Source: a virus
Lineage: Duplodnaviria > Caudoviricetes
Reading direction: 5' to 3' (one strand)
Virus record (IMG/VR): IMGVR_UViG_3300027754_000037
Length of the DNA stretch: 64,000 bases
Each line of letters starts with the position of its first letter. The first letter of the stretch is position 1. This document shows positions 1 through 9,667 of the stretch, one piece after another. The notes beneath the pieces are model-generated. The model did no database searches. It worked only from the letters and a program-made list of their open reading frames with translations, and was not told where the DNA came from. Made by a program: the position numbers and the translations under genes.

Positions 1-1140
1 GGTGATGCAGGTTTCGGAGCTCAAGGCGACATAGGTGCTCAGGGTGATGCAGGTTTCGGAGCTCAAGGCGATATAGGTGCTCAAGGTGATGCAGGTTTCG
101 GAGCTCAAGGCGACATAGGTGCTCAGGGTGATGCAGGTTTCGGAGCTCAAGGCGATATAGGTGCTCAAGGTGATGCAGGTTTCGGAGCTCAAGGCGACAT
201 AGGTGCCCAAGGTGATGCAGGTTTCGGAGCTCAAGGAGCTCAAGGAGCTCAAGGAGCTCAAGGAGCTCAAGGTAATGCAGGTTTTGGAGCCCAAGGTGAT
301 ATAGGAGCACAAGGCGATGCTGGTTTCGGATCACAAGGTGACATAGGATCACAAGGTGCTCAGGGTGATGCAGGTTTCGGAGCTCAAGGTGATATAGGCG
401 CTCAGGGTGATATAGGAGCTCAAGGCGACATAGGAGCTCAAGGAGCGCAAGGTGGTGCAGGTTTCGGAGCACAAGGCGACATAGGAGCTCAAGGAGCGCA
501 AGGTGATGCAGGTTTTGGAGCCCAAGGCGATATAGGCGCTCAGGGCGATGCAGGTTTCGGAGCACAAGGCGACATAGGAGCTCAAGGAGCGCAAGGTGAT
601 GCAGGTTTTGGAGCCCAAGGCGATATAGGCGCTCAGGGCGATGCAGGTTTCGGAGCTCAAGGCGACATAGGTGCTCAGGGTGATGCAGGTTTCGGAGCTC
701 AAGGCGATATAGGTGCGCAAGGTGATGCAGGTTTTGGAGCCCAAGGCGATATAGGCGCTCAGGGTGATGCAGGTTTCGGAGCTCAAGGCGACATAGGTGC
801 TCAGGGTGATGCAGGTTTCGGAGCTCAAGGCGATATAGGTGCTCAGGGTGATTCAGGTTTTGGAGCTCAAGGCGATATAGGAGCCCAAGGTGATGCGGGT
901 TTCGGAGCTCAAGGCGATATAGGTGCCCAAGGCGCTATAGGAGCACAAGGCGATCCAAATGGTGCGCAAGGATTCCAAGGCAATCAAGGTGTCCTTGGCG
1001 CACAAGGAGCACAAGGAGCACAAGGAGCACAAGGAGCTCAAGGAGCTCAGGGTGCTCAAGGCGCTCAGGGTGCTCAAGGCGCTCAGGGTGCTCAAGGCGC
1101 TCAGGGTGCTCAAGGCGCTCAGGGATTCCAAGGCAATCAA
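1..1140 (+). repeat. Coding tandem repeat: ~42-bp unit (GDA-GF-GAQ-GDI-GAQ) followed by 9-bp GAQ units
   Basis: Unit ggtgatgcaggtttcggagctcaaggcgacataggtgctcag recurs with synonymous variation. Confidence 0.95.
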
Positions 1141-1542
1141 GGTCTAGGATTGCAAGGATTTCAAGGCAATCAAGGCTCACAAGGAGGAGTAGCAGCAACT
1201 GTTATTTTTTCTCAAGGAACCGATATTCCTTCAAGCTCAAATATCGACAATTATAATATTTCAGCAGGAGCTTTTTTCTGTCTTACTGGCACAACTTCAA
1301 GTGCCATAACTGGATTCGCTAATGGTGTCATTGGTAGATATATTGTTGTTGTAAACAACACGAATAAAAATCAAATATTAAGCCAAGAAAATGCTGCATC
1401 AAGTGCTTCTAATCGTTTCGTGTTAGGTGTTGCCAGCAAGGCGATTGATGTAAATCAAACTGCAACTCTTATTTATGTGGGGGGTTTGACTATTGGCGGG
1501 TCTTCAAATCAATCAAGATGGATTTTGACAAGGCCAAATTGA
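1..1542 (+). CDS. Collagen-like fibre protein (5'-truncated by window edge) with non-collagen C-terminal domain
   Basis: Frame +1 reads GDAGFGAQGDIGAQ repeats from base 1, then (GAQ)n, and is the same frame as the 1150..1542 ORF; ends in a ~115 aa globular domain. The listed antisense ORFs here are shadows of the repeat. Confidence 0.9.
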   Translation, partial: GDAGFGAQGDIGAQGDAGFGAQGDIGAQGDAGFGAQGDIGAQGDAGFGAQGDIGAQGDAGFGAQGDIGAQGDAGFGAQGAQGAQGAQGAQGNAGFGAQGDIGAQGDAGFGSQGDIGSQGAQGDAGFGAQGDIGAQGDIGAQGDIGAQGAQGGAGFGAQGDIGAQGAQGDAGFGAQGDIGAQGDAGFGAQGDIGAQGAQGDAGFGAQGDIGAQGDAGFGAQGDIGAQGDAGFGAQGDIGAQGDAGFGAQGDIGAQGDAGFGAQGDIGAQGDAGFGAQGDIGAQGDSGFGAQGDIGAQGDAGFGAQGDIGAQGAIGAQGDPNGAQGFQGNQGVLGAQGAQGAQGAQGAQGAQGAQGAQGAQGAQGAQGAQGAQGAQGFQGNQGLGLQGFQGNQGSQGGVAATVIFSQGTDIPSSSNIDNYNISAGAFFCLTGTTSSAITGFANGVIGRYIVVVNNTNKNQILSQENAASSASNRFVLGVASKAIDVNQTATLIYVGGLTIGGSSNQSRWILTRPN

Positions 1543-2413
1543 GCCCAACGGTTTGCTGTGCCAATAATGTTTGTCGAAAAACCGTCAAGTAATCCTCGAG
1601 CCTATTTTTGGGATTCCACTTTATAAAGCGATTAGTGCGACTAGTTTCCGCCAGAGTGTCTAATCCATCTCCTCTTCTCTTTTCAACATAAGAAATATTC
1701 GTTATGTTCATTAGCTTGACAACTTCATTGATGCTGTAGCTTTTCCCAAATCCCAGATCAATTTGCTGCCCAATGTGTTTGCAACTCAGGGCTTCTAACA
1801 ATCCCTCGCAAATATCATCGATGTGCGTGAAGTCTCTCTTTTGTTGGCCATCTCCGTAAATCGTTGTTTTTTTGTTTTCAAGAATATTATTTTCAAGTAT
1901 TCCAATCAAACATGCTTTTTTATCAGTTCTTGGATGATTTCGTCCATACACATTGAAAAGTCTCGTAATCATCACGGGAGTTTGAAAAACCGTGTCGTAG
2001 AATAGGCAATGTTGTTCTGCCATGATTTTTGAATAAGTGTACGGATTTGCATAAAGATTTGATTTAACAGAACTGGAAGAAATGAAATTTACTGGACACT
2101 CAAGCGTTCTGGCAAGCTCAAGAATTTTCAATGTGCCGTTGGCGTTGATGTCTATGACATTTTCTGGATTACTGAAGCTTGATGCAATGCGAGGCAAAGC
2201 TGCGAGGTGGTAAATGTAATCTATTTTTTTATTGCGGAAATCTTTTGGCAGGTCCATGCGAATATCATGCAGCAGTTTTTTTGTTTTCTCATCGATGAAA
2301 TAATCTTGATTAAAATCATTGTCAAGACAGATAACTTCGTGATTTTCTTTAATGAGACTGTTGCAAAGGTTGCTGCCTACATATCCTGCACCGCCGGTCA
2401 CTAAAATTTTCAT
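1490..2413 (-). CDS. NAD-dependent nucleotide-sugar epimerase/dehydratase (extended SDR)
   Basis: MKILVTGGAGYVGS Rossmann motif, HLAA, YTYSK catalytic YxxxK, RLFNVYG, RDFTHIDD. Confidence 0.92.
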   Translation of the reverse strand: MKILVTGGAGYVGSNLCNSLIKENHEVICLDNDFNQDYFIDEKTKKLLHDIRMDLPKDFRNKKIDYIYHLAALPRIASSFSNPENVIDINANGTLKILELARTLECPVNFISSSSVKSNLYANPYTYSKIMAEQHCLFYDTVFQTPVMITRLFNVYGRNHPRTDKKACLIGILENNILENKKTTIYGDGQQKRDFTHIDDICEGLLEALSCKHIGQQIDLGFGKSYSINEVVKLMNITNISYVEKRRGDGLDTLAETSRTNRFIKWNPKNRLEDYLTVFRQTLLAQQTVGLNLALSKSILIDLKTRQ

Positions 2414-2476
2414 ATTTGTTCCTAATTGCATATAAGTAAATCAATTGTTTCTCAACTACAATAGTGTGGGGGCCAT

Positions 2477-3262
2477 ATGGAAATTGATAAGTCTCATTTT
2501 GATGAAAGCGTCCATGAATTGATCGATTTGCTGTTGTCTAATCAATGGCCTGATGCTGTGCCTGAATTCCTTATTTGCGGTGATAACGAAGAAGAAAAGA
2601 TTATGCGTGGCGAAGGGATTTTGGATTACATCGGATTCAATTTAAAAGACAAAACAGTTTGCGATTTTGGTTGCGGAGAGGTTCATTTGGCCATCGTTGC
2701 TGCAAAACAGGCCAAGAAAGTTGTTGGATATGATATTAAAGAAAGCGGACCAATTGAATGGACTGCGCATGAAAATTTGACTTTAACTTCAAGTTGCAAC
2801 GAGCTTCTCGTTCATGCTCCTTTTGATTATGTAATAGTCTATGATGTCTTGGATCATTGCTCAAATCCTCAAGATGTGCTTCTGCAAATCAAAGCAATTA
2901 CTCATCCAAAATCGAAAGTCTTTATAAGATTTCATAGTTGGATGAGTCGTCACGCCACGCATTTGTACAGACATTTGAATAAGGCTTGGATACATTTAAT
3001 TTTTACACCAGAAGAACTTGAAAAAATGGGTTTAAAATCAGAATTTGTATATCCATATTTTTATCCTATTGATCAGCAAAACAAATGGATTAAATCCATT
3101 GGTTTTAAAGTTGAAAAATCTGAAATATCAAAAACTATTGTAGAACCTTTTTTTAGCAATCCCAAAATTATGGAGAGATTGCCCTTAAACAGATTTGAAA
3201 ACAAGCTGCCTATTTGGCAAATGGCACAGTCATTCAATGATTATTGGCTTATTTCAGAATAA
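2477..3262 (+). CDS. Class I SAM-dependent methyltransferase
   Basis: VCDFGCG motif I, VVGYD, FDYVIVYDVLDH. Confidence 0.8.
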   Translation: MEIDKSHFDESVHELIDLLLSNQWPDAVPEFLICGDNEEEKIMRGEGILDYIGFNLKDKTVCDFGCGEVHLAIVAAKQAKKVVGYDIKESGPIEWTAHENLTLTSSCNELLVHAPFDYVIVYDVLDHCSNPQDVLLQIKAITHPKSKVFIRFHSWMSRHATHLYRHLNKAWIHLIFTPEELEKMGLKSEFVYPYFYPIDQQNKWIKSIGFKVEKSEISKTIVEPFFSNPKIMERLPLNRFENKLPIWQMAQSFNDYWLISE

Positions 3263-3978
3263 TTGTAACCATAAAATGATGCTTTTTCTAAAAAAGAATC
3301 TCTGATTGATCCTTTTGGAATTTCATCTAAAGTAATATCTTTTTTTCTAATTCCCCAATGATTAGTTTGATTGGAAACATTAAATTTAGGTATTTTTTCT
3401 GTGAGATTTAAAAAATCACAGAGCTCGTTAGATAAACCATTTTCAACCTTGTGAACAAATGATGGTCTTGATTTTGAAATCATATTATTCCATTTGACAT
3501 AAAAATAACACGCTCTTTCAATTGCATTTTCAATCGAAGATATTTCAGGCATAGTTTTAATGACAAATCTTTGCCACAAGATTTGTTGATGGCAAGGATA
3601 GGTAAAAAATTTTGCATCTAAAATTTGTGAGCTTATTACTTTCAAAGGGTCTCTGACCAGATGGATTATCTTGGTGTCATTAAAGATATCATCTTTAAGA
3701 AATGGGGTAGCCATATAGCTGGCATCTGCTGCTATTTTGGATGCATCAAACCAATTCGTATCCAGTTTTTGTCTGTTTCGTGGGTCGATCACGCAGCAGG
3801 GGCTAAGGAAAATTTTTGATCGCCCTGCTAATCGATCTTTGGCTCTTTCCAAGCCATCAAAAGTAAATATAGCTTCATGACCACACATGACACCAACGCT
3901 AGACAGTAGCTTCGCCATATAGGCAGTTCCACATCTGCCCGTGCCTGTAACCAAAAATTTGAGTTTGACTGCATTCAT
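3241..3978 (-). CDS. Sulfotransferase-family protein
   Basis: N-terminal VTGTGRCGT (5'-PSB-like loop) and IIHLVRDP (3'-PB-like). Confidence 0.75.
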   Translation of the reverse strand: MNAVKLKFLVTGTGRCGTAYMAKLLSSVGVMCGHEAIFTFDGLERAKDRLAGRSKIFLSPCCVIDPRNRQKLDTNWFDASKIAADASYMATPFLKDDIFNDTKIIHLVRDPLKVISSQILDAKFFTYPCHQQILWQRFVIKTMPEISSIENAIERACYFYVKWNNMISKSRPSFVHKVENGLSNELCDFLNLTEKIPKFNVSNQTNHWGIRKKDITLDEIPKGSIRDSFLEKASFYGYNYSEISQ

Positions 3979-4268
3979 AAAATTGTTCTATGCTTTTTAT
4001 TAGATAAATAAAAATGATTAAAATATCGCAATTTACTTCTTGGAATCATCATAGGAGTGGATGGAATTTTTGCATAGATCAGATTAAACATTTGCATTTT
4101 GACTGTAGAACTACCAATGTTCCGTGGGTAATTCCTGAGAAAAAACCTGCCGGGGGTTTTTATATTAAAATATTGCAAAAAAATTTTCAAAATTAAGGTA
4201 ACAATTTGTCAACTTTGTGTTATGGTGATTTTGGAGTTAATTTTTGAGTATGCTAGACAGGAGGACTT

Positions 4269-5300
4269 ATGGCTGCTGCTACTGTTGACAGATCGGTTGA
4301 GTTGGCCAATCAAATTATCGCTAAGCTGGAGCAAGGCATTATTCCTTGGCGAAGCGTTTATGGTGGGGGCGATACTACGGGTGGAGAAACCATCGTCCGT
4401 GCTAAGCCTGCTAATGTGATGAGCCTAAGGCCATACGAAGGTCGCAATTTTTTGTCGGCACTAACAACCATTGGACTGCAAGGCTGGAACAGCGCTTGGT
4501 TTGCCACTTTCAAGCAATGGCAGAGCGAAGACTGCATGGTGCGAAGAGGCGAACGAGCAACTAGCGTTGTAAGCTGGAGGCAAATGCAAACTGGTATTGA
4601 TCCGCTGACTGGTCAGCCAATCATGGAGTTTTTTCAAAGGTGGTTCAATGTATTCAACATTGAACAGGTCGAAGCCGTTAGCGACAATGGCAAGAAGTTC
4701 CTTGAGCTTTCAAGGGAAGTCATTAAAAGCCCTGTAACAGTTGAAAGGGTGCCTATCACCGAAGTTGATGCAAATGGCGATCTTTACCATCAAATTCCGC
4801 TGTTGGATCGCATTCCTTCAGCAATTGGTTGCAACATCCATATTGACGCAGGCTATGTGGAAGCCCGCTACGATGGTGCGACTGACACTATCCAGATGCC
4901 TCCGATGGTGAAATTCATCAGCACCGATGCCTATTACACAACGCTCCTTCATGAGTCTGTCCATGCGACTATGACGCAGGAAAGGTGTGGTCGGTATCAA
5001 AGCGGTGTTGTGCTAGCCGAAAACAATTACGCCAGAGAGGAGTTGGTTGCAGAGTTTGCCTCCATGTTGTTGGCAGATAAGTTTGGTACGGTTGCGCTTT
5101 ACATCGATAATCATGCTGGGTATATCCAACATTGGATTCGTGCCCTGCGTCAAGAGCCCAAGTTCTTGAAAGATATCATGGGCGATGCGGTGAAGGCTCA
5201 AAGATTCATCATGACCAAGCTGGGGCTCAACAATGGCGGGACGACAGAACTGGCGACTGGGGATACCTCTGACGGAGCAGGAGAAGAAGAAGTTGCGTGA
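4269..5300 (+). CDS. ardC: ArdC-like ssDNA-binding/anti-restriction protein with zincin-like C-terminal domain
   Basis: IPW...N.MS.RPYEGRN N-terminus, FNVFNIEQ, HESVH (HExxH) and YAREELVAE; GGAGG RBS. Confidence 0.88.
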   Translation: MAAATVDRSVELANQIIAKLEQGIIPWRSVYGGGDTTGGETIVRAKPANVMSLRPYEGRNFLSALTTIGLQGWNSAWFATFKQWQSEDCMVRRGERATSVVSWRQMQTGIDPLTGQPIMEFFQRWFNVFNIEQVEAVSDNGKKFLELSREVIKSPVTVERVPITEVDANGDLYHQIPLLDRIPSAIGCNIHIDAGYVEARYDGATDTIQMPPMVKFISTDAYYTTLLHESVHATMTQERCGRYQSGVVLAENNYAREELVAEFASMLLADKFGTVALYIDNHAGYIQHWIRALRQEPKFLKDIMGDAVKAQRFIMTKLGLNNGGTTELATGDTSDGAGEEEVA

Positions 5301-5466
5301 GGTCCAAAAGCGAGTCAGAAGTCGTGCCCGCAGCATTTATCATGTTCCTACCGGACAGGTATATGCCAGCGTGCATGACATGGCCCGTTCATTTGGTGTG
5401 AGTTATCATAATTTGTACAGTCGAATTCGGCGTGATGATGGATCGGTTTTTAAATTTGTAGATTGA
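5233..5466 (+). CDS. Small DNA-binding protein with NUMOD3/NUMOD1-like segments (homing-endonuclease-derived)
   Basis: GIPLTEQEKKKLRE resembles NUMOD3; TGQVYASVHDMARSFGVS resembles a NUMOD1 HTH; followed directly by a terminator. Confidence 0.5.
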   Translation: MAGRQNWRLGIPLTEQEKKKLREVQKRVRSRARSIYHVPTGQVYASVHDMARSFGVSYHNLYSRIRRDDGSVFKFVD

Positions 5467-5469
5467 GTT

Positions 5470-5510
5470 AAGGGGCGACTGACTTTATGCCAGTCGTCCC
5501 TTTATTTTTT
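5470..5510 (+). terminator. Rho-independent terminator
   Basis: AAGGGGCGACTG / CAGTCGTCCCTT stem followed by T-rich tract. Confidence 0.8.
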
Positions 5511-5888
5511 TGAAAAACCTGTAAATCGGCCATGTGATCTTCTTTGGCTAACAAAACAGTCAAAATTATCAGCATGGAAATAAAAAGGAATATTTCTAAA
5601 ACCAAGTCTCTACTTCGCACGGGGTTTTTTTACATCGTTTATGATCACATACAGCGAAACTGCACATGTCGAAAATATTACCATCATTGTCGTTAAAATT
5701 CCCCACAGAAATCCAGAACTGAAATCAGTCATTTTCAACACCTCTATCAAATACTTCAAGATGTTTCGCCCGAAGTAGGCGATTTTCTTCTAGCACATCA
5801 AGATAGCACATCAGCAAATAAACAAAAAGAACAATCCATAAAATGGTCCATAATGTCTGGTAATGTACGAGTTCTGAAATTAATTTTT

Positions 5889-6551
5889 TCATGGGGCATA
5901 GGTGTAAATTATTTTTGTTAATTCTGATGCTATCATGCCTTTTTTGGAATTACCCACAATAGAAATTGGTACATTTGTTGGCAAAGAGGCACCGGAAAAC
6001 AATTTTGTTAAAATATTTCCTATTTTGATTAAGAGGTAAAACCAGTTTGGCACTATGTCTTTGACAAGATATGCTCCGCCTAGATCATAGCCACAATTCA
6101 AGTACATCATTTTAACGGCCTCTGTACAATAAAATGCGTTCGGATCAGTAAAATTAAAATCATAGCTTGGGTCCATGTCCAAAAATCTCTTTATTTGATA
6201 ATCAAGACACAAAACATCTTCATTTTTTAAGTTTTTAAGTCTGTATACGCAGAATTTTGGTGTATCCCAATTGTCAAACCAGTCAATTATTCTTAATTTT
6301 CTGGTTCCCCAATCCGATACATCAATTGCATAGTATTCATCTTTTTCCACTAGGATCAAAGTGCCGTGCGAATAGGAAGAATCTGTGAATTTTTGAATCC
6401 ATCTGCCAAATGGTATTCCCAATGGTCCCTTAACATCAGATGCAGAATATACGATATCGCCTGTTTGAAGTCCGACTTCATTAAGTTTGGCTAAAATTTC
6501 TTTTCTCTTGGTGTAGAGCGGGCCGGGGACAAACATAAAAAAATTCCTCAA
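5889..6551 (-). CDS. Permuted papain-like NlpC/P60 (YiiX/YebB-like) amidase
   Basis: GDIV..., T.SSYSHG (His before Cys), YDFNF...FYCTEAV catalytic Cys. Confidence 0.8.
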   Translation of the reverse strand: MRNFFMFVPGPLYTKRKEILAKLNEVGLQTGDIVYSASDVKGPLGIPFGRWIQKFTDSSYSHGTLILVEKDEYYAIDVSDWGTRKLRIIDWFDNWDTPKFCVYRLKNLKNEDVLCLDYQIKRFLDMDPSYDFNFTDPNAFYCTEAVKMMYLNCGYDLGGAYLVKDIVPNWFYLLIKIGNILTKLFSGASLPTNVPISIVGNSKKGMIASELTKIIYTYAP

Positions 6552-6604
6552 TTAATTTTGCAATTTTATTGATTTGATTCGTATTAATATTGGGGGACAA
6601 AATC

Positions 6605-7429
6605 ATGAACACAATTAGAATTATACTTGCTTTTTTTTGTTTTTTCTCGGCAGCTTTATGTTTTAGTCAATTTCGACCAACTATGCCTCCTCGTCCTCCT
6701 CAACCAGCGCCGCTACGACCTCCAGTTGGAAACATGCAAGGTGGTATGAGTGGTATGCAAGGTGGTATGAGTGGTATGAGTGGTATGAGTGGTATGAGTG
6801 GTATGAGTGGTATGAGTGGTATGAGTGGTATGAGTGGTATGAGTGGTATGAGTGGTATGAGTGGTATGAGTGGTATGCAAGGTGGTATGAGTGGTATGCA
6901 AGGTGGTATGATGGGCGGTGGTATGGGTGGAGGAATGATGGGTGGAGGAATGATGGGCGGTGGCATGGGCGGTGGCATGGGCGGTGGCATGGGCGGTGGC
7001 ATGGGCGGTGGCATGGGCGGTGGCATGGGCGGTAATCCCTTTGGGGGCTACATGCCGGGCAACATCATTCGCCCCACAGGAATGGGTGGTCCATACTCCG
7101 TAATTCCAATTCAAAGTGGATACATGTTGGGTGGCGGTGGTGGCATGATGGGGATGGGTGGCGGCGGAATGGGAGGAATGAGCGGCGGCATGGGCATGGG
7201 AGGAATGCAAGGCGGAATGGGTGGCATGATGGGCGGTGGAATGGGCGGTATGTCAGGTAATGGAATTTCTGGCATGAGTGGTTTTGGTCAGTTTGGCATA
7301 GGTGGCGGTGCATTTGGAATTGGAAATTCTGGCATGGGAGGCATGGGTTCTTTTCAAGGCCTTGGACAGATGGGTAGTGGTTTTGGTGGCATGAAAGGCT
7401 TTGGATTCAATGGTGGCTCCGGTTTGTGA
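6605..7429 (+). CDS. Secreted Gly/Met-rich low-complexity protein
   Basis: Signal-peptide-like MNTIRIILAFFCFFSAALCFSQ, Pro-rich linker, ~11 tandem SGM then GGGM repeats; GTGA overlap with next gene. Confidence 0.75.
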   Translation: MNTIRIILAFFCFFSAALCFSQFRPTMPPRPPQPAPLRPPVGNMQGGMSGMQGGMSGMSGMSGMSGMSGMSGMSGMSGMSGMSGMSGMSGMQGGMSGMQGGMMGGGMGGGMMGGGMMGGGMGGGMGGGMGGGMGGGMGGGMGGNPFGGYMPGNIIRPTGMGGPYSVIPIQSGYMLGGGGGMMGMGGGGMGGMSGGMGMGGMQGGMGGMMGGGMGGMSGNGISGMSGFGQFGIGGGAFGIGNSGMGGMGSFQGLGQMGSGFGGMKGFGFNGGSGL

Positions 7430-8187
7430 AGCCCTTAGTCAGGTGGACTTTTGGACCAACAAAATGTCTTGAAGCTGTAGAGTGTTTGCAAAAATCTATT
7501 TGGTATTTTAGAAGACTTTACCAAAAACAATTTGATTTTGTCGTATTAAACAACAGCTTGCGACAATTGGATGTCCCCATACCCGTCATAAATCAAAAAG
7601 ATTATATCATGTCTTTATCGTTTCCGGCTTTCGGTCCAGCTTGGAAGCTTTTTCCTCCACGCTTCAGACCGGAGTCACATGAAATTTTCATTGACAATGA
7701 CTTTATTCTTTACAAAAAACATCCTGTAATTGATAATTTTCTAAAATCTACTGATATGATTTTTTGCACAGAGGGTTTACAAAGGCGTTTTGGTATTTTT
7801 TCTAATCTCATCGATCAACAAACGAAGATAAATACAGGTTTTTTTGGTGTTCCACCCTTTTTTGAACTTGGGAAAAATATAGAAAATTTAATTTCTTTAT
7901 TTAATTTGCCACCATTTTTCAATATAAAAGAGGAATTCATCGACCGTCAAAAAAAAATTGGCAATAATAAAGTATTTTTTGATCACCTTTCAAGATTTGA
8001 CGAGCAGGGCTGCTTATCGGCTATTTTTACAAAACATAAAAATTTACATATTCTACCTCTTAAAGATATTTCTGTATGCTCCAACAAGATGATTTACGGC
8101 AAGTATGGCGCTCATTTTGTTGGAATCAACAATGGTAAAACATGTTTTTTCAATGAATACAAACAACAAAAACTATTAAAAATGTAG
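7426..8187 (+). CDS. Hypothetical protein, possible GT-A glycosyltransferase
   Basis: IFIDND (DxD-like), INTGFFG, DEQG motifs typical of nucleotide-diphospho-sugar transferases. Confidence 0.55.
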   Translation: MKPLVRWTFGPTKCLEAVECLQKSIWYFRRLYQKQFDFVVLNNSLRQLDVPIPVINQKDYIMSLSFPAFGPAWKLFPPRFRPESHEIFIDNDFILYKKHPVIDNFLKSTDMIFCTEGLQRRFGIFSNLIDQQTKINTGFFGVPPFFELGKNIENLISLFNLPPFFNIKEEFIDRQKKIGNNKVFFDHLSRFDEQGCLSAIFTKHKNLHILPLKDISVCSNKMIYGKYGAHFVGINNGKTCFFNEYKQQKLLKM

Positions 8188-8982
8188 TCCATATCTTGTT
8201 TTATACTGTTGTATAAAAGGTTTGTGTGTATTAGTTGGAAATCTCTTTATGCTTTTGCAAGTTTCATCAATCATTTTTTCTGCCAAGTCATCTTTAATTT
8301 TCCATTTATTACAATATCGTATTAAATTAGTCATTGATAGGATTTTGAAATTTTCAATTTCTTGGCCTTCAAAGTTTATTGATCTTTTGTGAGATAAGTG
8401 CAATTCTCCAAAATTAACAAAAAATGGTTTGTGGCCTGCTGATTCAATTGTTTTTGTCATATCATTATCTGCATACCCGTAACCTACATATTTTTCATCC
8501 ATACCATCACATGACCAGTAGTCTTCCTTCCAGAATAATGTGTTGCCGCTAAATAAGTTTTTTTTCTTGATTTCATTTTTTTGACTTCTTGCCTCAGCAA
8601 TATACTTGTAATTGTAGTTTTCTATGTCTGAATCTTCGTAATCTTTTACAAGTTTAAATAGATTTGTTGTTGTGACAAAATGACCCTTTAACATAAATGC
8701 TGATTGCTCTGCAAAATAATTTTTTGGTAAAATTCTGTCGCTGTCTAGAAGTGCAACAAGAGGATATTGAGCTTGTTTGACACCAAAATTGCATTGTTTT
8801 GGTTTGTTGTAAGAATTCATTTTTAAATTAAAACATTTAGCATTTTTAATCGATGGTCCAGCATCTTGCCACACTACGATTATTTCTTTTTTGATTTCTT
8901 TTTCTCTTTTTTCTAAAAATCTTAAAGTTTGCAACAGGTTTTGTAGTCGGCTTTCACAGGCGTAAAATACAAAAGAAATCAT
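8176..8982 (-). CDS. GT-A glycosyltransferase (GT2 / galactosyltransferase C-terminal-like)
   Basis: LLDSDRIL DxD; GMDEKYVGYGYADND. Confidence 0.8.
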   Translation of the reverse strand: MISFVFYACESRLQNLLQTLRFLEKREKEIKKEIIVVWQDAGPSIKNAKCFNLKMNSYNKPKQCNFGVKQAQYPLVALLDSDRILPKNYFAEQSAFMLKGHFVTTTNLFKLVKDYEDSDIENYNYKYIAEARSQKNEIKKKNLFSGNTLFWKEDYWSCDGMDEKYVGYGYADNDMTKTIESAGHKPFFVNFGELHLSHKRSINFEGQEIENFKILSMTNLIRYCNKWKIKDDLAEKMIDETCKSIKRFPTNTHKPFIQQYKTRYGLHF

Positions 8983-8985
8983 AGT

Positions 8986-9666
8986 TCAAATTTTTCCTAA
9001 ATCTTCTGGTGCGTCTATAGAAACCGTGTCATTCATTTCATGGCATTTTATAGGTATGTTAGTTTCTAAAAATCTTAAAATTTCAACATCTTCTTCTAAT
9101 TCAAGTTGCGATCTTTTGATTTTTGCAAAGGACTCAAGATGTGTCATAAAAAAGCCAAAAACTCCCACATGTTTATAAAATATTTTACCTTTGCTGGGTA
9201 TTAGTGATCGTGAGGCGTATTTTAATATTCTTTGCTTATTAAAAACAATTTTTACGCAGTTGGATTCTTCTGCATTTCTTTTATCTATTTTGCAAAAACC
9301 TGTCGTGACTTCCTTGTTTTTCGGGTCGTGAAGTTTTGTGATATCATGCGGGAACAAAAAAGGTTGATCTCCTTGAACATTGATTATTCGAGTTTTTTTG
9401 TCAACATTCAAAGTTTTTACGGCTTCGTAAACCCTATCGGTTCCAGTTTGATGTTTAAGGTGCGTGATGCAGACTTTAAATTCTTCCTCGACAGTTTGTT
9501 TAATTTTTTCGTCACAAGTCGCTATGATTACATTTTTTTTTCCATATGCCAAAGCAGCATTTCTTGCTGTCTTCAGAATTAAGGGAACGCCATTAATGAG
9601 TTGTAACATTTTGTTTGGAAATCTTTGAGAATTGAGTCTAGCCGGAATGATTATGATAGGATTCAT
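8986..9666 (-). CDS. kdsB: 3-deoxy-manno-octulosonate cytidylyltransferase (CMP-Kdo synthetase)
   Basis: IIIPARLNSQRFPNKML, NVQGDQP, KHVGVF, LE..E..E.LRFLE, SIDAPEDL; start chosen next to upstream stop. Confidence 0.9.
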   Translation of the reverse strand: MNPIIIIPARLNSQRFPNKMLQLINGVPLILKTARNAALAYGKKNVIIATCDEKIKQTVEEEFKVCITHLKHQTGTDRVYEAVKTLNVDKKTRIINVQGDQPFLFPHDITKLHDPKNKEVTTGFCKIDKRNAEESNCVKIVFNKQRILKYASRSLIPSKGKIFYKHVGVFGFFMTHLESFAKIKRSQLELEEDVEILRFLETNIPIKCHEMNDTVSIDAPEDLGKI

Positions 9667-9667
9667 T

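Noticed and set aside
349-1198. Antisense and alternate-frame ORFs in the collagen region
   Set aside because: Stop-free shadows of the Gly-X-Y repeat; the same applies to the Pro/His-rich antisense ORFs at 6700-7313.
3975-4196. Small overlapping ORFs between the sulfotransferase and ardC
   Set aside because: Both are 60-71 aa on opposite strands with no clear RBS; the + strand HHRSGW stretch may be a gene relic but cannot be supported.
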